This document shows, in pieces, positions 1 to 14,784 of a stretch of 64,000 bases of DNA. The stretch is taken from positions 73,904,001 to 73,968,000 of the forward strand of contig CM052816.1 in NCBI GenBank assembly GCA_028534125.1. Direction: 5' to 3'. The stretch comes from Lama glama. Lineage: Eukaryota. How positions within the stretch are numbered: the first letter of the stretch is position 1; each line of letters starts with the position of its first letter. The position numbers were made by a program, and so were the translations under genes. The notes under the pieces are model-generated. The model worked only from the letters and a program-made list of their open reading frames with translations, was not told where the DNA came from and ran no database searches.

Positions 1-1080
1 GAGTAATTTCTGCTAAATAATTCGGGTAGGAGCCAACAACAAAGGTTTTTGAGGACTAATGAGAGTATGAGCAAAAAAAAGTAAACTACCCACTTGAGAG
101 CTTTGACTGGTAAAGGAAAGAAAGTAGCATTTAAGCAGAGAAGATAAACTAGTATTGGATTATTAAATTCTCTTGTTTTAGAGAACTTTGATAATTTTAT
201 GCAACTGAGCAAAAAACAAAACTATTATCAAAACTAAGAAGCAATATGATTTGTGTCCTTACATTATTATACCATTTCAACCATGCTCTGCCTCTAATAA
301 CCTATACAGTTTTGTTTTTTATTTTAATTTTACACGTACCGTATAAATAAGCATATCAGAAAGACTAGGTCTGAGGTAATACAGAGGAACTAGAGTATAG
401 TTTAGCAGACTTATTGGACTAATATAAAGAAAGGAGGAGTCTACACTGTGGATGGAAGGACAATTTTCTGCAAAAACTTGAGCAGCTCTACTGTATAGAA
501 TCAATCTCACGGGGAACATGAACTAGCATGGGGAAAAGAAGGTCAGAAGATGATGGGAAACCCAGACAATAACAAAAAGGAGGACCCGAAATAGAGGCAG
601 GACAGAGGAACGGCCCAAACTAGTCTAGACTACAGGTTTCATAACTTTCTATTAAAGAAGGAATGGTAGTCAACACTAGACCCATGATGTGCTTTTGTAG
701 CCTGTTGTATGGATATATATGCTTAAGTACATACTAAGATCTACAGCTACACTATTTAAAAAGAAAGAAAGAAAAGGAAAACTCAAGAGCAGCCTGCACT
801 TAAAAACAAGTAGTTCACATTCTAGGAGTGAAGCACATGATCCTTCTTGTGGCACCACATCAAAATGACAGATTCTGGATTTCTAAAAGGTGAAGAAATC
901 TTTTGGAAAAATTGACTCTGCCAAACACATGCATGAAGTTAAGCAAATGTCAAACGGGTACATTAAACTACTTCTTTGCTCCTTTGTTTAGCATCCCATA
1001 GAGTTCACAAATTACAAGTAGTTCCCAACTTACTAAGAGGTTGTTTTCTAAAAGTTAGTTGGCAAATCAGTTCTGTGTCA

Positions 1081-1286
1081 GCATAGCACTGTGGTTCGGA
1101 GTGGAGCCAACTGCCCGGATTCAAATCCTGACTCCACCACCTACTTAATTGGACTCTGAGCTCCCACATCCCACATGGGATGCTTACTCAAGGATTGTTC
1201 TGTTATGATTAATAAGTTATTCCATTGAAAATCTTTAGAATGCTTCCTGGCACAAAATGAGTGTTCAATGAATGTTAGCTATTATT
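1081..1286 (+). mobile_element. MIR SINE
   Basis: ggattcaaatcctgactccaccac B-box-like core; ...cctggcacaaaatgagtgttcaatgaatgttagctattatt 3' end. Confidence 0.75.
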
Positions 1287-2060
1287 ACAATTAGCACACT
1301 TAGAGGAACAGGAACACAGTTAAGTAGTTCCTAGAATGGAAGGCTCACAGGGCTGTGGTTATGGGAAAGGACAGGAGAGAAATACATCACCAGGGATTTG
1401 GTTAATATCTTTACCTCTCCATATACATAAAAGGAGACTTCTCTCTGGGTTATATCTCCCAAAGTGTTTAGCAGAACACATTTAAATTCCAAAGAGTATG
1501 CTAAGCAAAAAAATTAATTAAATGCTTAATTAAAATTTCAGTTACCAGATGACAATGGGAAATGCTGTACATTATATCCTTTCTTCTTGGAGATTTACAG
1601 CGTGTATTATCAGTACTATGATTAAAAAGAGAAAAATACTGTTGAATTTTGTTTAATCCAGCATTTCCTGAACTTTTGTAACAATAGAACCCATTTTTCT
1701 CTTACCTGCCATTCCCATCACATTTTGGGAAGTGCTTCTCCAGGTCACTTTCCAAATATTCTAAATTGAAGAATAAACAGCAGTTATCCCTAAGGAAATA
1801 AAAATGGAGGCTTTTGACTCACAACCCTCAGAGGATTATAATATGCTATTCATAAGTGGAATATTGGTTAAATCACAATTGCTGTTCTTGCTCAACCCAC
1901 TGAAAATCAGAATAGCAATGTTAAAATGTAAAGCTCCAACACTTCCTTTTTTCCTGCTCATAATAGTAAACCCACTATAAGCAAGTTTTGTGTTTTATTA
2001 CTACAGACTTTAAGGAAGATAAATCTGAATACTGCAAAATGTACTAAAGCATTATTGTTC

Positions 2061-2167
2061 AGACTTAGCATGGTGATCATTTTGCAGCATATACGAATAC
2101 AGAATCATTATGTGGTACATCTGAAACTAATATAATGTTACATGGCAATTATACCTCGATAAAAAAG
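2061..2167 (+). mobile_element. Old L1 (L1MA-like) extreme 3' end
   Basis: ggtgatcattt...ctgaaactaatataatg...aattatacctc + A tail; degenerate flanking repeat agcattat; similar to 43290-43390. Confidence 0.7.
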
Positions 2168-2576
2168 AGCATTATAGTCCTTCCTTCATAAATCTGAAAT
2201 TGTTTAATTATAAAAGAAAAGGAAGCTTTTAACTATTATTGCATGGAAAAAGAGGAATAATTTTTATGGCAGCCCAGTGATGTTTTTACAATGCATGTTA
2301 GCTCTTACTAGTTTTCTTGCTTCTGGGAATGTTTTTGTCCATGGATTAGAATTTAAATGGATAGGCATTTGTAAGGGAATCCACATTGCTCTAATAAGTC
2401 TTAGTTTCAGCATACTGCTCTTCACTTTTATTTCCCCCCCTCTTGAAACATCTCATAGAGCTTTTAGAATCCCATGTGCCTTCTTTTTTGCCCACAATAG
2501 TAACAAAACACCCAGTCCAGGCACAAAAATTTCTATAGTGCATAGGTAAAACAGAATTTAATTATTTAGGATTTCA

Positions 2577-2960
2577 GTTCATTCATTCATTCATTCATTC
2601 AACAAATATGTATTGAGTATGTTCCAGGTGTCAGAATATATGCTAAGTATTGAGAATACAGTAGTGGGCAAAAATAGACAAGATCTCTACCCTAGTGGAG
2701 CTTATAGTTCCAGGAGGTAAAAATTACATATTTCAAAAGTTGAACTGAGATTTCTCTGAAGAAGAAATACTTAGTTTTATGAGTGTATACAATAGGAGAA
2801 TTAATCAGGAGTTCTGGGTTGCTTCCCTAAGGAAGTATACATGGAGTCAAGAGTTGAAGAAAGAGGAGTAGTTAACTGGATGGCAAAATAGGGGAAGAGC
2901 CTAGTAGACAGAAGTAAAAGTGTGGGCACAGCCCTCTGGCAAGCAAGGGCCTGGTCTGGT
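2577..2960 (-). mobile_element. L2 LINE 3' end with (TTCA)n tail
   Basis: (ttca)n aacaaatatgtattgag...ctaccctagtggagcttatagt typical reverse L2 end. Confidence 0.7.
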
Positions 2961-3354
2961 ACACAGTCCTTCTTAGTTAACCATTTCCTGGGAAAGCAAA
3001 CTAACAAACTTACTCTGGTTCAGTGGTGAATGATGAGAATAACATTATGTGTCTGGGGATAGTTGCACGTTCATCATTGGAGATGGGAATTCTTAGCTTA
3101 GGAGAAAAAAATTTATTATTTAAATAATGTTGAAGATTCAAGTACCAGGACAGGCTGATAAGGAGATATTCTGGGGTAAGCAGGCTTTCCATGTCTCTCA
3201 ACTCATGCTGCCTAGAGGAAAGATCATCCATTCTTCCACAGGAAAAGGGGAAATGAAGACAATGGAAAGAAGTAAGAAGGAATCTAAGGAAGGGGTAAAA
3301 AAAAAAAAAAAGAAACAGTCAGAACTAAGTTAGTGAATGGCTTTTGCTTTCAAA

Positions 3355-3760
3355 AGGAACAGTTTGCTGTTAATGCTTTGTCACAGCTCCTTTTAGTCTT
3401 CCATCACTGTGTAGCCAACCACTCCCAAACAACAATTTGTTATTTCACAAAATACTGTTTGTTTGGCATCCTGGCAAGGTTCAGCTGGTGGTTCTCCTGC
3501 TCCAACGATGTTGCTCATGCAGCTGCCTTCAGCTGGTAAGTCTAAGACAACTCCAACCCTCCAAGACCATCTCCAGGTGGCCTTTCATGATTCACCCCAG
3601 CTTCTTTACAGCATGGCAACAGGCTCCCAGGAAGGAACTTTCCAAAAGGCCAAGCCCCCGTGTACAGGCATTTTTATCAAGACTCTGTCTGTATGTCACT
3701 TGTTAATTCCCCACTGGCTAAAACAAGTCACCTGGTCAAGCCCAGTCAGGAAAGGATTGA
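3355..3760 (-). mobile_element. Old MaLR (MLT1-type) LTR
   Basis: aaccactcccaaac..., cttctttacagcatggc, ccactggctaaaacaagtcacctggtcaagcccag motifs; boundaries approximate. Confidence 0.6.
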
Positions 3761-6077
3761 TTTCAATATGCAATAATGAGTGCTCTTTGAATTTCTAAAA
3801 ACGGTGTCAGTCTTTATCTGTTTGTGAGCATAAACTATCACCAAAGCATATCTAAAACATTTAGCCTCCTCCTTTCATCATATATTCAAACATGCTCCCC
3901 ACACATTCCCACTCTGCCACAAAGAAGATAGACTCTACAAGTGTCTTAAATCCCCCCATGGTAGTAAATTATGCCCTTTGGGAAAAAAAAGAAATCATTA
4001 ACTGAATTTGCCATTCAATCCATTTGTAAAAGGTGGTGAAATGTGAGTCACCTAATTTTGATATTTACTAGGAGAAATGGTTCAAATCATTAAATGAAAT
4101 GTTTTGACCATCATAACTTCAATGACATATAAGGAAAAGGTTGTAAAAAAAAAATCCTAGGGATGTTATTTTTTATTTTACTTTTCCTTGAGAACAGCAT
4201 AAGGAAAGGGAAATTAGTCAGTACCAAAATTGAAAAAGGACTATTGAAAAGGAGTTTAAGAAAAATTAGTGACTATTACAACAGTCATGACCCCATGCCT
4301 CCCCATCAAAATAACCTGGAAAATAGCAGTTCTCTAGCACAAGAGTTTTGCTATTCATTTAAAATCTATATTGTGATCCATATTTGAAGAGAATTACTTC
4401 CTTTGAAATTTCTTGGTTGAGTTAATTTCACATGCTTTCTCCTTCCTTTAAAATGCCTGTTCCTTCCTTGTGTGCCTAATCATCTCTTACTCATCTTCCA
4501 GAACACTTCTCTGCAACATGTTCCCAGAATTTCCTACTCTTACCTAGGCAACTGTAATCATTCTCTTCTACAAGCTAACCTCCGTAACTTGCATATCATT
4601 TAAGTTTTACACTTACACCTAATTATAATTATATTGTTCCTCTGTGCATCCCATACTTCACTGCAAGGGACCATGTCACAGGTGTCTGTTACCTGGCACA
4701 GCACAAAGCACAGGATAAATAATAAAGGCTCAAGCTTTTCATTGCCATGTGATTACGTATTTTATAGACAAGAGGTCAAACTAAGTCAGTGGTGGAAGGA
4801 ACAGAATTCAGAACATTTCAAGTCTAAGAAATTTCTCACATCACCTTACAATCTCGAAATCATGTCATTACTGCTACTATTAGCTCTTTTTTTGGCTTCT
4901 TTTACTTAAAATTGCAACTCCTTACTCCCTTCCAAAATTCTCATGCCAATATTCTGATTCTTCTCTCCTTTGAACATCCCCTTCCTTCATTTGGGATCTA
5001 AAAGAACTACCATAATTTGGGTTTCACCCAACTCATGAATGTCCCTTTGGTCTCTCTCTTGCCAGGGTCTTTTTCTCCCCATCTCATGGGAGTGAATGTC
5101 CCTCATGCTCAGCAGTAGCCACCCCACTCTGCTCACCCTCTGGTTCCTCCTTGACAATCTCCCGCTCATCCCACAGGCACCCGTATTTTGAGAAAACCCA
5201 GTATGCGAAGCTCTTCCTTACTGCCCCATGTTCTCCCTTGCAGTCTGTTGCAGGTAATAGCATGAGAATATTGTCATGGCAGTTTTAAATAGCCATGATT
5301 TAATACCTTGTGATTTCATATCTTCTTTGTTTTGCTCAATTAATTGTAATTCCATGGGGAAAAATATTATTCTACAGGAGCAAAAAGCTTATGCATAAAA
5401 TAGGAACTGTGAGATTTATTTAAACAACCAAGCACTTGTAAATTAAGGGGAAAAAATATAGTTAACTGGCGAAAGATACGGCTCTTGTCGTTCCATCTGT
5501 CACAGGATAATTACAGGAAGATTGTGATGCTTTGTGTTCCAATTTCTCCAGTTGAAAGTTACAATTAATAACATCCACAGAAGTCACTATTTTTTAAAAA
5601 ATATTTCGTCAGTACAAAAAAAAATTAGTTGGGCTAGAAATGCTAACTGGTGTTCTTAAAAAGATAATAATTATCAGAAAAGCTGCATTTTGAAGTTGCT
5701 TTGTTTCAGATGTGCTCCAGCTATGACTGAATGTTTCTTTTCAACTTTTGGCTATAGATTTAATACAAAAGCACTGTTGATAAATTGAAATTAGATAATC
5801 AAGCACTTTACATTCCTCATAGGGCAGGGAGGAAAAAAAAAAAAACTTTCCCCCAAACAACTTAGTCTCACTAAATTTTTAAAAATACAGATTTCTGAAG
5901 AAACTCAGTTAGTCTCAAGAGAGTAATTAAATTGGCCCCTCTTTAAACTTCCTTGCTGGAAGCATTTGGATTAATTCCATTTCAAATTATGGAAACAATA
6001 GAGCACCTACTACTTTCTTTGTGGAAATAACATTAATATTCTGTTCTCGTGCAAAGGCTTTAAAAAGTTTCACCCCA

Positions 6078-6605
6078 CAGACTCATAGACATAGAAAACA
6101 AACTTTTGGTTACACCAGCAGGGAAATGGGGTGGGAAGGGATAAATTGGGAGATCGAAATTTGCAGATACTAACTATATATAAAATAGATAAACAAGTTT
6201 ATACTGTATAGCACAGGAAACTTTATTCAGTATCTTATAATGAAAAAGAATATGAAAATGAATATATATAAGTATATGTATGAAGACTGTTATGCTGTAC
6301 CCCAGAAACAGACACATTATAAACTGACTATACTTCAATGAAAAAAATTAAATTTTTTTAATTAAAAGAAAGTTGCTGAGAGAGTAGATCCTAATGGATC
6401 TCATCACAAGGAAAAAGTTTTCTTTTTACTGTATCTATATGGGATGATGGATGTTTTACTAAACTTTTGTGGTAATCATTTCACAATTTATGTAAGTCAA
6501 ACTGTCGTGCTTGCTGTACAGCTTAAACTTATGTACTGATGTATGTCGATTATTTCTCAGTAACACTGGAAAAAAAAGTGTTAAATAAATAATTACAAAT
6601 TAATT
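6078..6605 (+). mobile_element. Composite L1 insertion: lineage-specific L1 3' end (6078-~6350) + older L1 3' end (~6365-6580)
   Basis: Flanked by a perfect 15-bp direct repeat AAAAGTTTCACCCCA (6063-6077, 6606-6620). Confidence 0.85.
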
Positions 6606-9600
6606 AAAAGTTTCACCCCAAATATAAATAGGAGTATATAGTAATACATAGTAATAGGAGAAATTTGCCAAAATTTGTTGAAATTATCATATCCTTCACT
6701 TTGTGTATTTCTTCCTTCCCGTTCCACACAGCTTTAAACAGTCTTGTAACTTCTTTTATTTCGTTTAGTAGAGGGTGTCAACATGCAAAGAAATTAGTAA
6801 CCAAGACTAGGCAGGAAAATAGACATCTCAGAGGATGCCAGACTGGACGGATCTTCATTCCTCCCAAACTCTGAGGTTATGTAACTCACCTTGCTCTCAC
6901 TTCCACTTTGCCTTTGAATGACGAGGTGCCCCCAGGGGAAGGAGGAGGAGAAAACACTCTGAATTAAAGTTAAGGCTCCATCAGCAGAGAAAAACGGAGA
7001 TGTGAGGAATTAAGTTCACATACAGAAAAATAAATTCACATTTTGGCACATTTGAGTTTGTGGCCCAGGAGATGAAAATTCACAGCAAAAAGCTCCGGCC
7101 TGACTGGCTGTCAGGTGCAAAGGTATCAGAGGTCAAAGCAAGCAAGGAGGTGCAGCAGGTATGGTCCTGGGAAGCAAAACCCAGAAAGGTGGAACACCTG
7201 CTCCAAAGGCCCCTGTATTCTCTTCCTAGGTAGGAAGCATCCTCAGTATTCAGGCTTTTGTGTCTGAGACAACAATGGCAACAGCTGCTTAAAGAGAGAA
7301 TGGGTGGAAGGACAAACCATGACTGGATAACCAGCACTTCTGTAATGCTACGTAAAGACAGCAGGCACTTTCCTGTGCTTCCTCCTGTAAGTGGCTAGCA
7401 TCTTCTCACTGAAACTTTAACTGGGTTTAAAAACACATATTTAATTAATTTAGAATGACATGGATCTTCCCTTTCCCATCCTTTCCTTTAGCTGTTTTTG
7501 TTTAACAAACATCAACAGTGGTTAGCAGATCTTGCTGTCAGCCAGCTCTGGGTTTAAGTCCCACTCTACCATTTTCTATTGTAGGAAGCACTGGAAACCC
7601 TCCGGGTGTTGATAGGATGTTGTCTAGCACAAAATGAGTACTCATTAACTAGCAGCTACTGTTACTATTACCCACTCACTGAGCTACTAAAATGAACAAG
7701 GGGGCAGTCTTTCTATCTAAAATTAAAAAAAAAAAAAGCTAAGATAAACTTCAAGATAATGAGTCTTGAATACTGCATAGAAGTCAATGTGGAACACACA
7801 CAAAAATGCATTCCCCTCCTTCCCTCCACCTTGCATGGTAATATATTTATTTAAATGGCTTTGTGCTTAATATACCAAAAGGTGATACACTCGAGAAATG
7901 TAAGCATGACCAGAAGTGATTCATTATGTAGAAAACAGTAACACGTTTCACAGTGATGCCAGTGATCCAACTCCCCAACCTGAGTTCATCACTAAAACCC
8001 ACCTTTGATGCTGCTTACAATATTCTGGCTAAAGTGACATTTAGGTAAGATGTATTGCAGCAAGGACCAAAGCCAGTATAGGTCCTCTGAAATTCTTACA
8101 TGTACAGTATCCCTGTAAGATTTTCTGCTACAGTTTTTGAATGTTCTGATGGTCTCATTTACAATAATGATTCTAATCTTTATGAGACCATGTTTTCAAG
8201 TTACTATAATTATACCCAACACTAATGAAGCAGTCACCCTCAATCAGACACAAGGGTGTGGACCAGAAGTATGCCTAAGCTTCCATGCCCATATATATCC
8301 CAAAGGGACAAAACCACAGAGCTATAATTTACAAGAACAAAATTTTCCATGAATCAGTAGAGCCATGAAAGCTTTAAAAGGCCTTTTCTAGAAGGCGTGA
8401 TTTCTGAAGCATAGTGTTCCAGTAACGTGGAGAGAAGCAACAAAACATCCTAAAGATAAAGCCATGACATTCTGCTTCATCCCCCCAGGGAAGAAACCAT
8501 CTCCTTGCTGACGTAATACAAAGGGGTTATTTATTTAGTCACACTTTCTCTCATTTCTCTGGAGAGGTTTAGACGTGACCTTTCAGTGCTCAGCCTGTGG
8601 GTGTGCGACAGAGGACTAGAATCACAAGGTCTGAATAGAATCAACCAGCACAAGGCCCTGCTGTGTTAGTTTTAACCACTGCACTGTACTCTGGTGGAAA
8701 ATGCACTCCCTATACTGGAGAAAGAGGAGGGAAAAAAAAAAAAAAAACAAGGCTGGCTCATAGCAACTCACTGGCTTTTGGAAAATCAGTTCCAGAAAGA
8801 CTGGTTTAGATCAAAGTTCACTCGCTAAGTCTAGTTCTACACCTTACTGCAGAAGTTTACACGTTCTTCTTTTCTTACTGTAAACCAAAAACAAAGTAGA
8901 AGGATGTAGGGGGCGGGACATGGCCTCATTTCAATTTCTAAATGATCCGTTCCATGGATTTTTCCTGTCTCCTTCATCAAATCACACTGCTGCTGTTTTT
9001 CATCTTCCCAAATGCAACAGGAAGGAGGATGAGAAAAAGTTTACTAGATCTTTCTATTCCATCTTTACAACAGAAGAAATGGCAGCACCCCCCGACACTC
9101 TGCTCTGAGTTCTCACTTACCTTTTCGCTTCTCTCCATTATTGGGGGAAGGAACTAGCCACCATCATCCCACATGTCACTTGCATATCCCAAATCCACAT
9201 CCCTTCCTCGATTCTTCTCCAGGTCCGTGACAACCACATCTACTCCCTGCCGTTCTGCTGCTGCCACGCTGACCTCCCCCTGAACTCGCTGAGGGGACGG
9301 GGGCAGCTTTACCCTCCCCATTCCAGCGCCTTCATTTCTTTGTTATTCTCAGCCACCCAGACGGTGCAGCCTGGGGACCCAGCTCTCGGAAGGTCTGGTT
9401 TGATCTATGAGTGAAATCTAGGGGCACCCTGGACTCCAGATCCTTTAAGCAATTTTTCCACTAGTAGTATTCTTCACAAATATGCTCTTACAAGAACTGA
9501 AAAGGAGAGTTCAAGGCGGTCATCTCTGGCAAGAATGTGAAATACAAATATTTTATATAGAACAAGGTAGTCATATGCTTTGACAATCAACATGACTTAA

Positions 9601-12129
9601 GATGTAATACCTCCCCATTGTTTAGGACTCAAGCTTTTAAAGTTCTCCATAATCATAACCTGACCTTTCTCTACTTATCCAATATGTTTTTCCAACCTTC
9701 CCCCATATAAATTATCTACTATGATCTATTTTTTCCCACCACCATCTTAATCATTGTATGTCACAGTTTCAAATATTGGTCATTCTAATTAACTGTCTCA
9801 TCATCTTTATCTCTATTTTACCAGCATCCAAAGATTTCCATCCAGAATTACAGTATACACCATGTTAAATGACCATAATCACTTAAATTATGGAGAAAAT
9901 TGTTCAATTCCTTAGCCCAATATGTAACTTCTAAGAGATAAGAGTTTACGAACAGCAATCTTGAGTGCTTTGAAATTCAAATGTTACCATTTCTGCCACT
10001 TTACTGAATCAACACTTTAAAAGTTTTACTTAGAAAAGTTTCTTTCCTCCTTGTTAATTAACCTAACTTTTCTTTCCCTTAAGAATCTAAAAAGCAGCTG
10101 GATTATGCAAGTTGCTGCCACTGGAGTGAAGAGTTTGGGGTTTTGAGGTTTGTTTTTTTTTTTAACCATTCTGCCCCAGTAACATTTGTTGGCAAAGATT
10201 CTCAAAAACTGGCAAGAGCTATAAATTAGATATGTGAACTATTCTCCCCTATCTGTACAAAAGAGATGTCCAACTTTCCAGTGCTAAAATGCTTTAACTC
10301 GCAAGATTCATGCCTTAGGGGACTAGGAAATTTGCCTCTAAGTCAGAGGAACACATGGGTTATAAGTTATTAATTACAGAGAATAAGGCTTTGGGATGAG
10401 ATCAACTGAACTAAATCCTAAAGTTGACTGATACATAATATATCCCACATTTGTGTTGGATGATTAAACAGCAAAACCTAAAAGTTAGGGTCATGACTTA
10501 AATGGAATCAGAAAGGCCAAGGCCCACTTTCCAGATTTATTACCAAATACTTAACTGATATTCCCTGACTCCAGGAAGAACTGAAAGTCTACTGCATGGA
10601 GACCAGTCCTCTCTATTAGTCCCTCTATTCCAATCCCTAGAAAGCATATAGAATGATAAAAAGATTTATGTACCAAAAAACTGTCCAAAGTTACTCAGAT
10701 AGATAGAATGTATAAAAACTTCTATGTTTACTTACATATATTCTTTACTTAGATGAGTAGCTTGAAGACAAACTCCCAATTTAAGACAAACATGAGAAAA
10801 TAAAGGATGGTTAATAAGTCCTAAAAGACAAATCAACATTATTACTTCATTCCCTAATTCTTTTTTCTTTCTTTCTTTCTTGGTTTTTTTTTTTTTTTGG
10901 TAACAGACCGTAGGGCTCAATGGACTTTTTAAAAAATTATTTCTAGTTGAATATCAAAAAGATATAGCAAATAATACAAAATAAAAATAAATTATATTTA
11001 CCAGTTGAATGACATACAGAAAAGGAGGAATAATAAGAATAGGATGCATGAAAGTTATTTTTCTTAATTTTAGACCCTACCATAGTTAATAATCCAAAAC
11101 TACCAACCTTTTGGAGTATTACAAAATTATATATCCAAAAATCCCTTAAACATCCTAACCAATAAAGTAAAATAAAACCAACTGGAACAAGAACTTTCAA
11201 TTCAGTTAGCACAACTGAATGACAAAGAATTAGTGAGTATCAAAGAAATGAGATGATCCTCAATTCTAAAAATATAAAAAAATTTACTATAAATGGTGAA
11301 AATAAATTAATAAGTCCAAGTATAATTACTTGAGTTTAAATTAAATGCAGGAATTATCTCCAAAAAAATTCAAGTTGCTGCTTTCCAGATACACCTACAA
11401 CTACTTTGGGAAAGGAAAGGGGCATGAATCAAGACACAATTTACTTTCTTCGAAGAGAACTTTCATGATATAATTCAGTCTTAAGCTTATGAATGACCTG
11501 AGATCCATTAACAAGTTGCATTTACCACTGAAAAATTAAAAAGGAGTCTTTCCTGATTTAAATCACTGGCACATGCACACACAGATCTTAATCTCAGGCA
11601 CAGCAAAGCAGAAATTGATCAAACCAGCAAATACGATGAGCTGTAAACTCAGTAAACATGAGCACTACAGTAAAGAAATTTCGCACCAGTTTTTTTTTTT
11701 CTGGTTTAGAGAAAGTTTTTACGTGTTAATTGTTTTAAGACACTTAATTCCAAATTCATTATGTAGAGAAATAGTCCAAGTATTCATCATACATTCAACC
11801 TTAGTATAGAGCTTTTGGCACAGCAGCAAAGTTACAAAGACAATCTACACTATTACTGCAAAAAGACATCATCTTTACTGGTGCTTATATAAACAAAGAG
11901 GTAGCTTTAAAAAGCGCCATCATTTCTCTCAAATGTCATCAAGTACATAACACCTAAAAACACACTCTTGGGGAAAAACTATTCTTGCAAACAGTTAAGA
12001 CAGATTAATTTTATCTATTCCATAGTAGCAGGTCTTCTTCAGATGTTATTAACAGGCAGAATTACTCAATTTTAGCCTTTTGTCACCAGAGACAATTGCT
12101 ATATCACAATGCAAACATGATGAACTTAT

Positions 12130-12135
12130 TTTATT
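12130..12135 (-). terminator. Candidate proximal polyadenylation signal (AATAAA) of NNT
   Basis: AATAAA on the minus strand about 800 nt after the stop codon, followed by G/T-rich sequence. Confidence 0.55.
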
Positions 12136-12936
12136 AGTCAAATAGTTGAATTCCATTCAAGTGCACTTAATACAGTACTATACATTATAAATTGAAATTA
12201 AAGAGATCTCTAATTGGAAATGGGGTTTTAAAAATACAGCTAATACTGATTTCAAATTATATGTTTCACTGGTGTTCTAATGAAACATACAAAGCAAATG
12301 ATTTCTTTCCCGCATCTCTGAAAGATTATCTAGTCCTTTTATGTATCAAAATAGAAGTGGGAAAATACATCCCTGAAATCTAGAATCAAAAGTACAGTTT
12401 GAAAAATTGAAACCAATCTGGTATGGTAAATTCAGATTACGGTTAAGTGGTAAGAGGAAGAGCTCAGGAGTTGATAAAAGCTTCAAATTAGTCATATTTG
12501 TTGAAAAAAGATAAATGCAGGTGGCTGTAATGTTTACACTGTGTCAGATTTTTCAGATCCATGTATAATGTAAGTCCTAAAATCCTAAAGACTTAATGTC
12601 TTCAAACATTGCTGACTATTGAGGAAGAATGAAAATATCCAAATGGATTACATCCAAAATGAGACTGTTCTTTCTCCTTTTGGAAAATACTTTTGGAATT
12701 CATAAAACAAAAAAAAATGCACAGAAAGACATTCAGAATTGTCAATCTTTTTTTAAAATCGAGGGATCGCTGTTCTTGAAAAATGTCCCTGCATTTGCTT
12801 TGCTTTCTTCAGAACCTTCCTTTTCTTCCAAGAGCTTTGCTACAGATGTGTATCAGCTGTATATATTGATAATTTATCTGCCTGTTCCTACATGTGAAGA
12901 GGGGGCCTTGTCAGACAACAGCTTGAGCTTTAAATT

Positions 12937-13086
<150 letters not shown>

Positions 13087-14574
13087 CTAAGAACCAAAGA
13101 TTAAGTGAGAGTGTATTTAACAGACTCAGCCAGGATGTGTTGGGCACACAAACATTGCCTGCCGTGCCCTGACTCTGAACAAAGCATATACCACTACTAA
13201 TTCTTTACTACAAACACTTCTAAAACACACAAGGAGTACTTTTAAATGCATGTTTACCTTGCATTAACTTTAATTCTTTAAATGTGCCCATACTCTGATA
13301 TCCATTAGAGAAAAGGTCATGTTAACAATAGTTTATCTGAGTGATAAGTGAAGTGATTTTCTTCTCAGTGCATCTCTCTGTAAGGACTATGTATAACATT
13401 TTCTAGTCAGAAAAATAAGCATCCTTCTCTGAATGGGCTAAGGAGAACATACTTCATGCATGAGCTTCCAGTACAAATCCCAAGATAAATGTAGTAGAGT
13501 GGGAAAATGGTATGATTCCTACTCCATTGCTTTAAAGTAAAGGACAGCAAACAAAAAGAATATAACACAAAAGCCCAAGGAGCAATCTAGCATGTCCCAA
13601 GGACAGAGCTAACTGAATGCTCCCACAAAGCAAAATGAAGTCCATCTCTAATACTGATGTATTATAGACATTTACAATTACACAGACTATGGAAGTTGCT
13701 GTCCTATTGAACATCAGGTCAGTTCTTCAGAAAATACAAATCCTTTCTGTGGTCTTCGAGGACATGTAGTCTATCCAAAAATGGAAGTGGTGTGAATTTA
13801 TTCATGCTCCATATCACATTAATACAGTAATGCGCCCTGCAAACTCTCAAATATTGACCCCATTGAAGCAATAATTTTCCATACACACATGAACAAGTGC
13901 ATGTCATATCTACTCACAACAAACACTAAGTTTCAAACTCATGTATTTACAATGAAGAGAAACAAAATTAAAGGGAAAAATACGTTACATTATAGTGATT
14001 CTTAAAATGCAGATATGCCGCGAGAGTGGTAAAGGGACATGCCCACAGTTGGGGCAGAGGAAAATTTACACACCTTTGAGTTCTCCACAGTGTAGCAATT
14101 GGCTTTTTCAGAAGTAAAGTTCCAGGGCTGGCTTCCTTATGCCATGTTATTGTTTGGATTTCTAAATCACCTTTCTTCTAGACACTCCATAACAACATAC
14201 AAATTCCCTCCCAAAAAAAGTAAATGAAAAAATGTGCTCGTCTTCATAAGCGGAGGTGATGATACTGACTCAGTGTCCCAGAGGGAAGCCATCTGCTTCA
14301 CTGGGCTCAGCCTGGAATTCAGCCAGACTCATTCTAAAAGCTCACAGCTCCTTTTTCAGCTGCGGTTACAGATTTTGTTAATCCATCCACCACGTAATCT
14401 CATCTAATTCCAGTCATGATCAGGGCATTCAATCACGTTCTCTGGTGACCACAGAACAGACAGAGGCTGGACAGAGAGAGCTGGACCCTAAATCTACTCT
14501 AGGCTCCTGGGCCTCCTGAAAGGCATTGCCATTTCTCATCAAGTGACCAAGGGAAGTTCTGTGTGTGTATTTTA

Positions 14575-14784
<210 letters not shown>

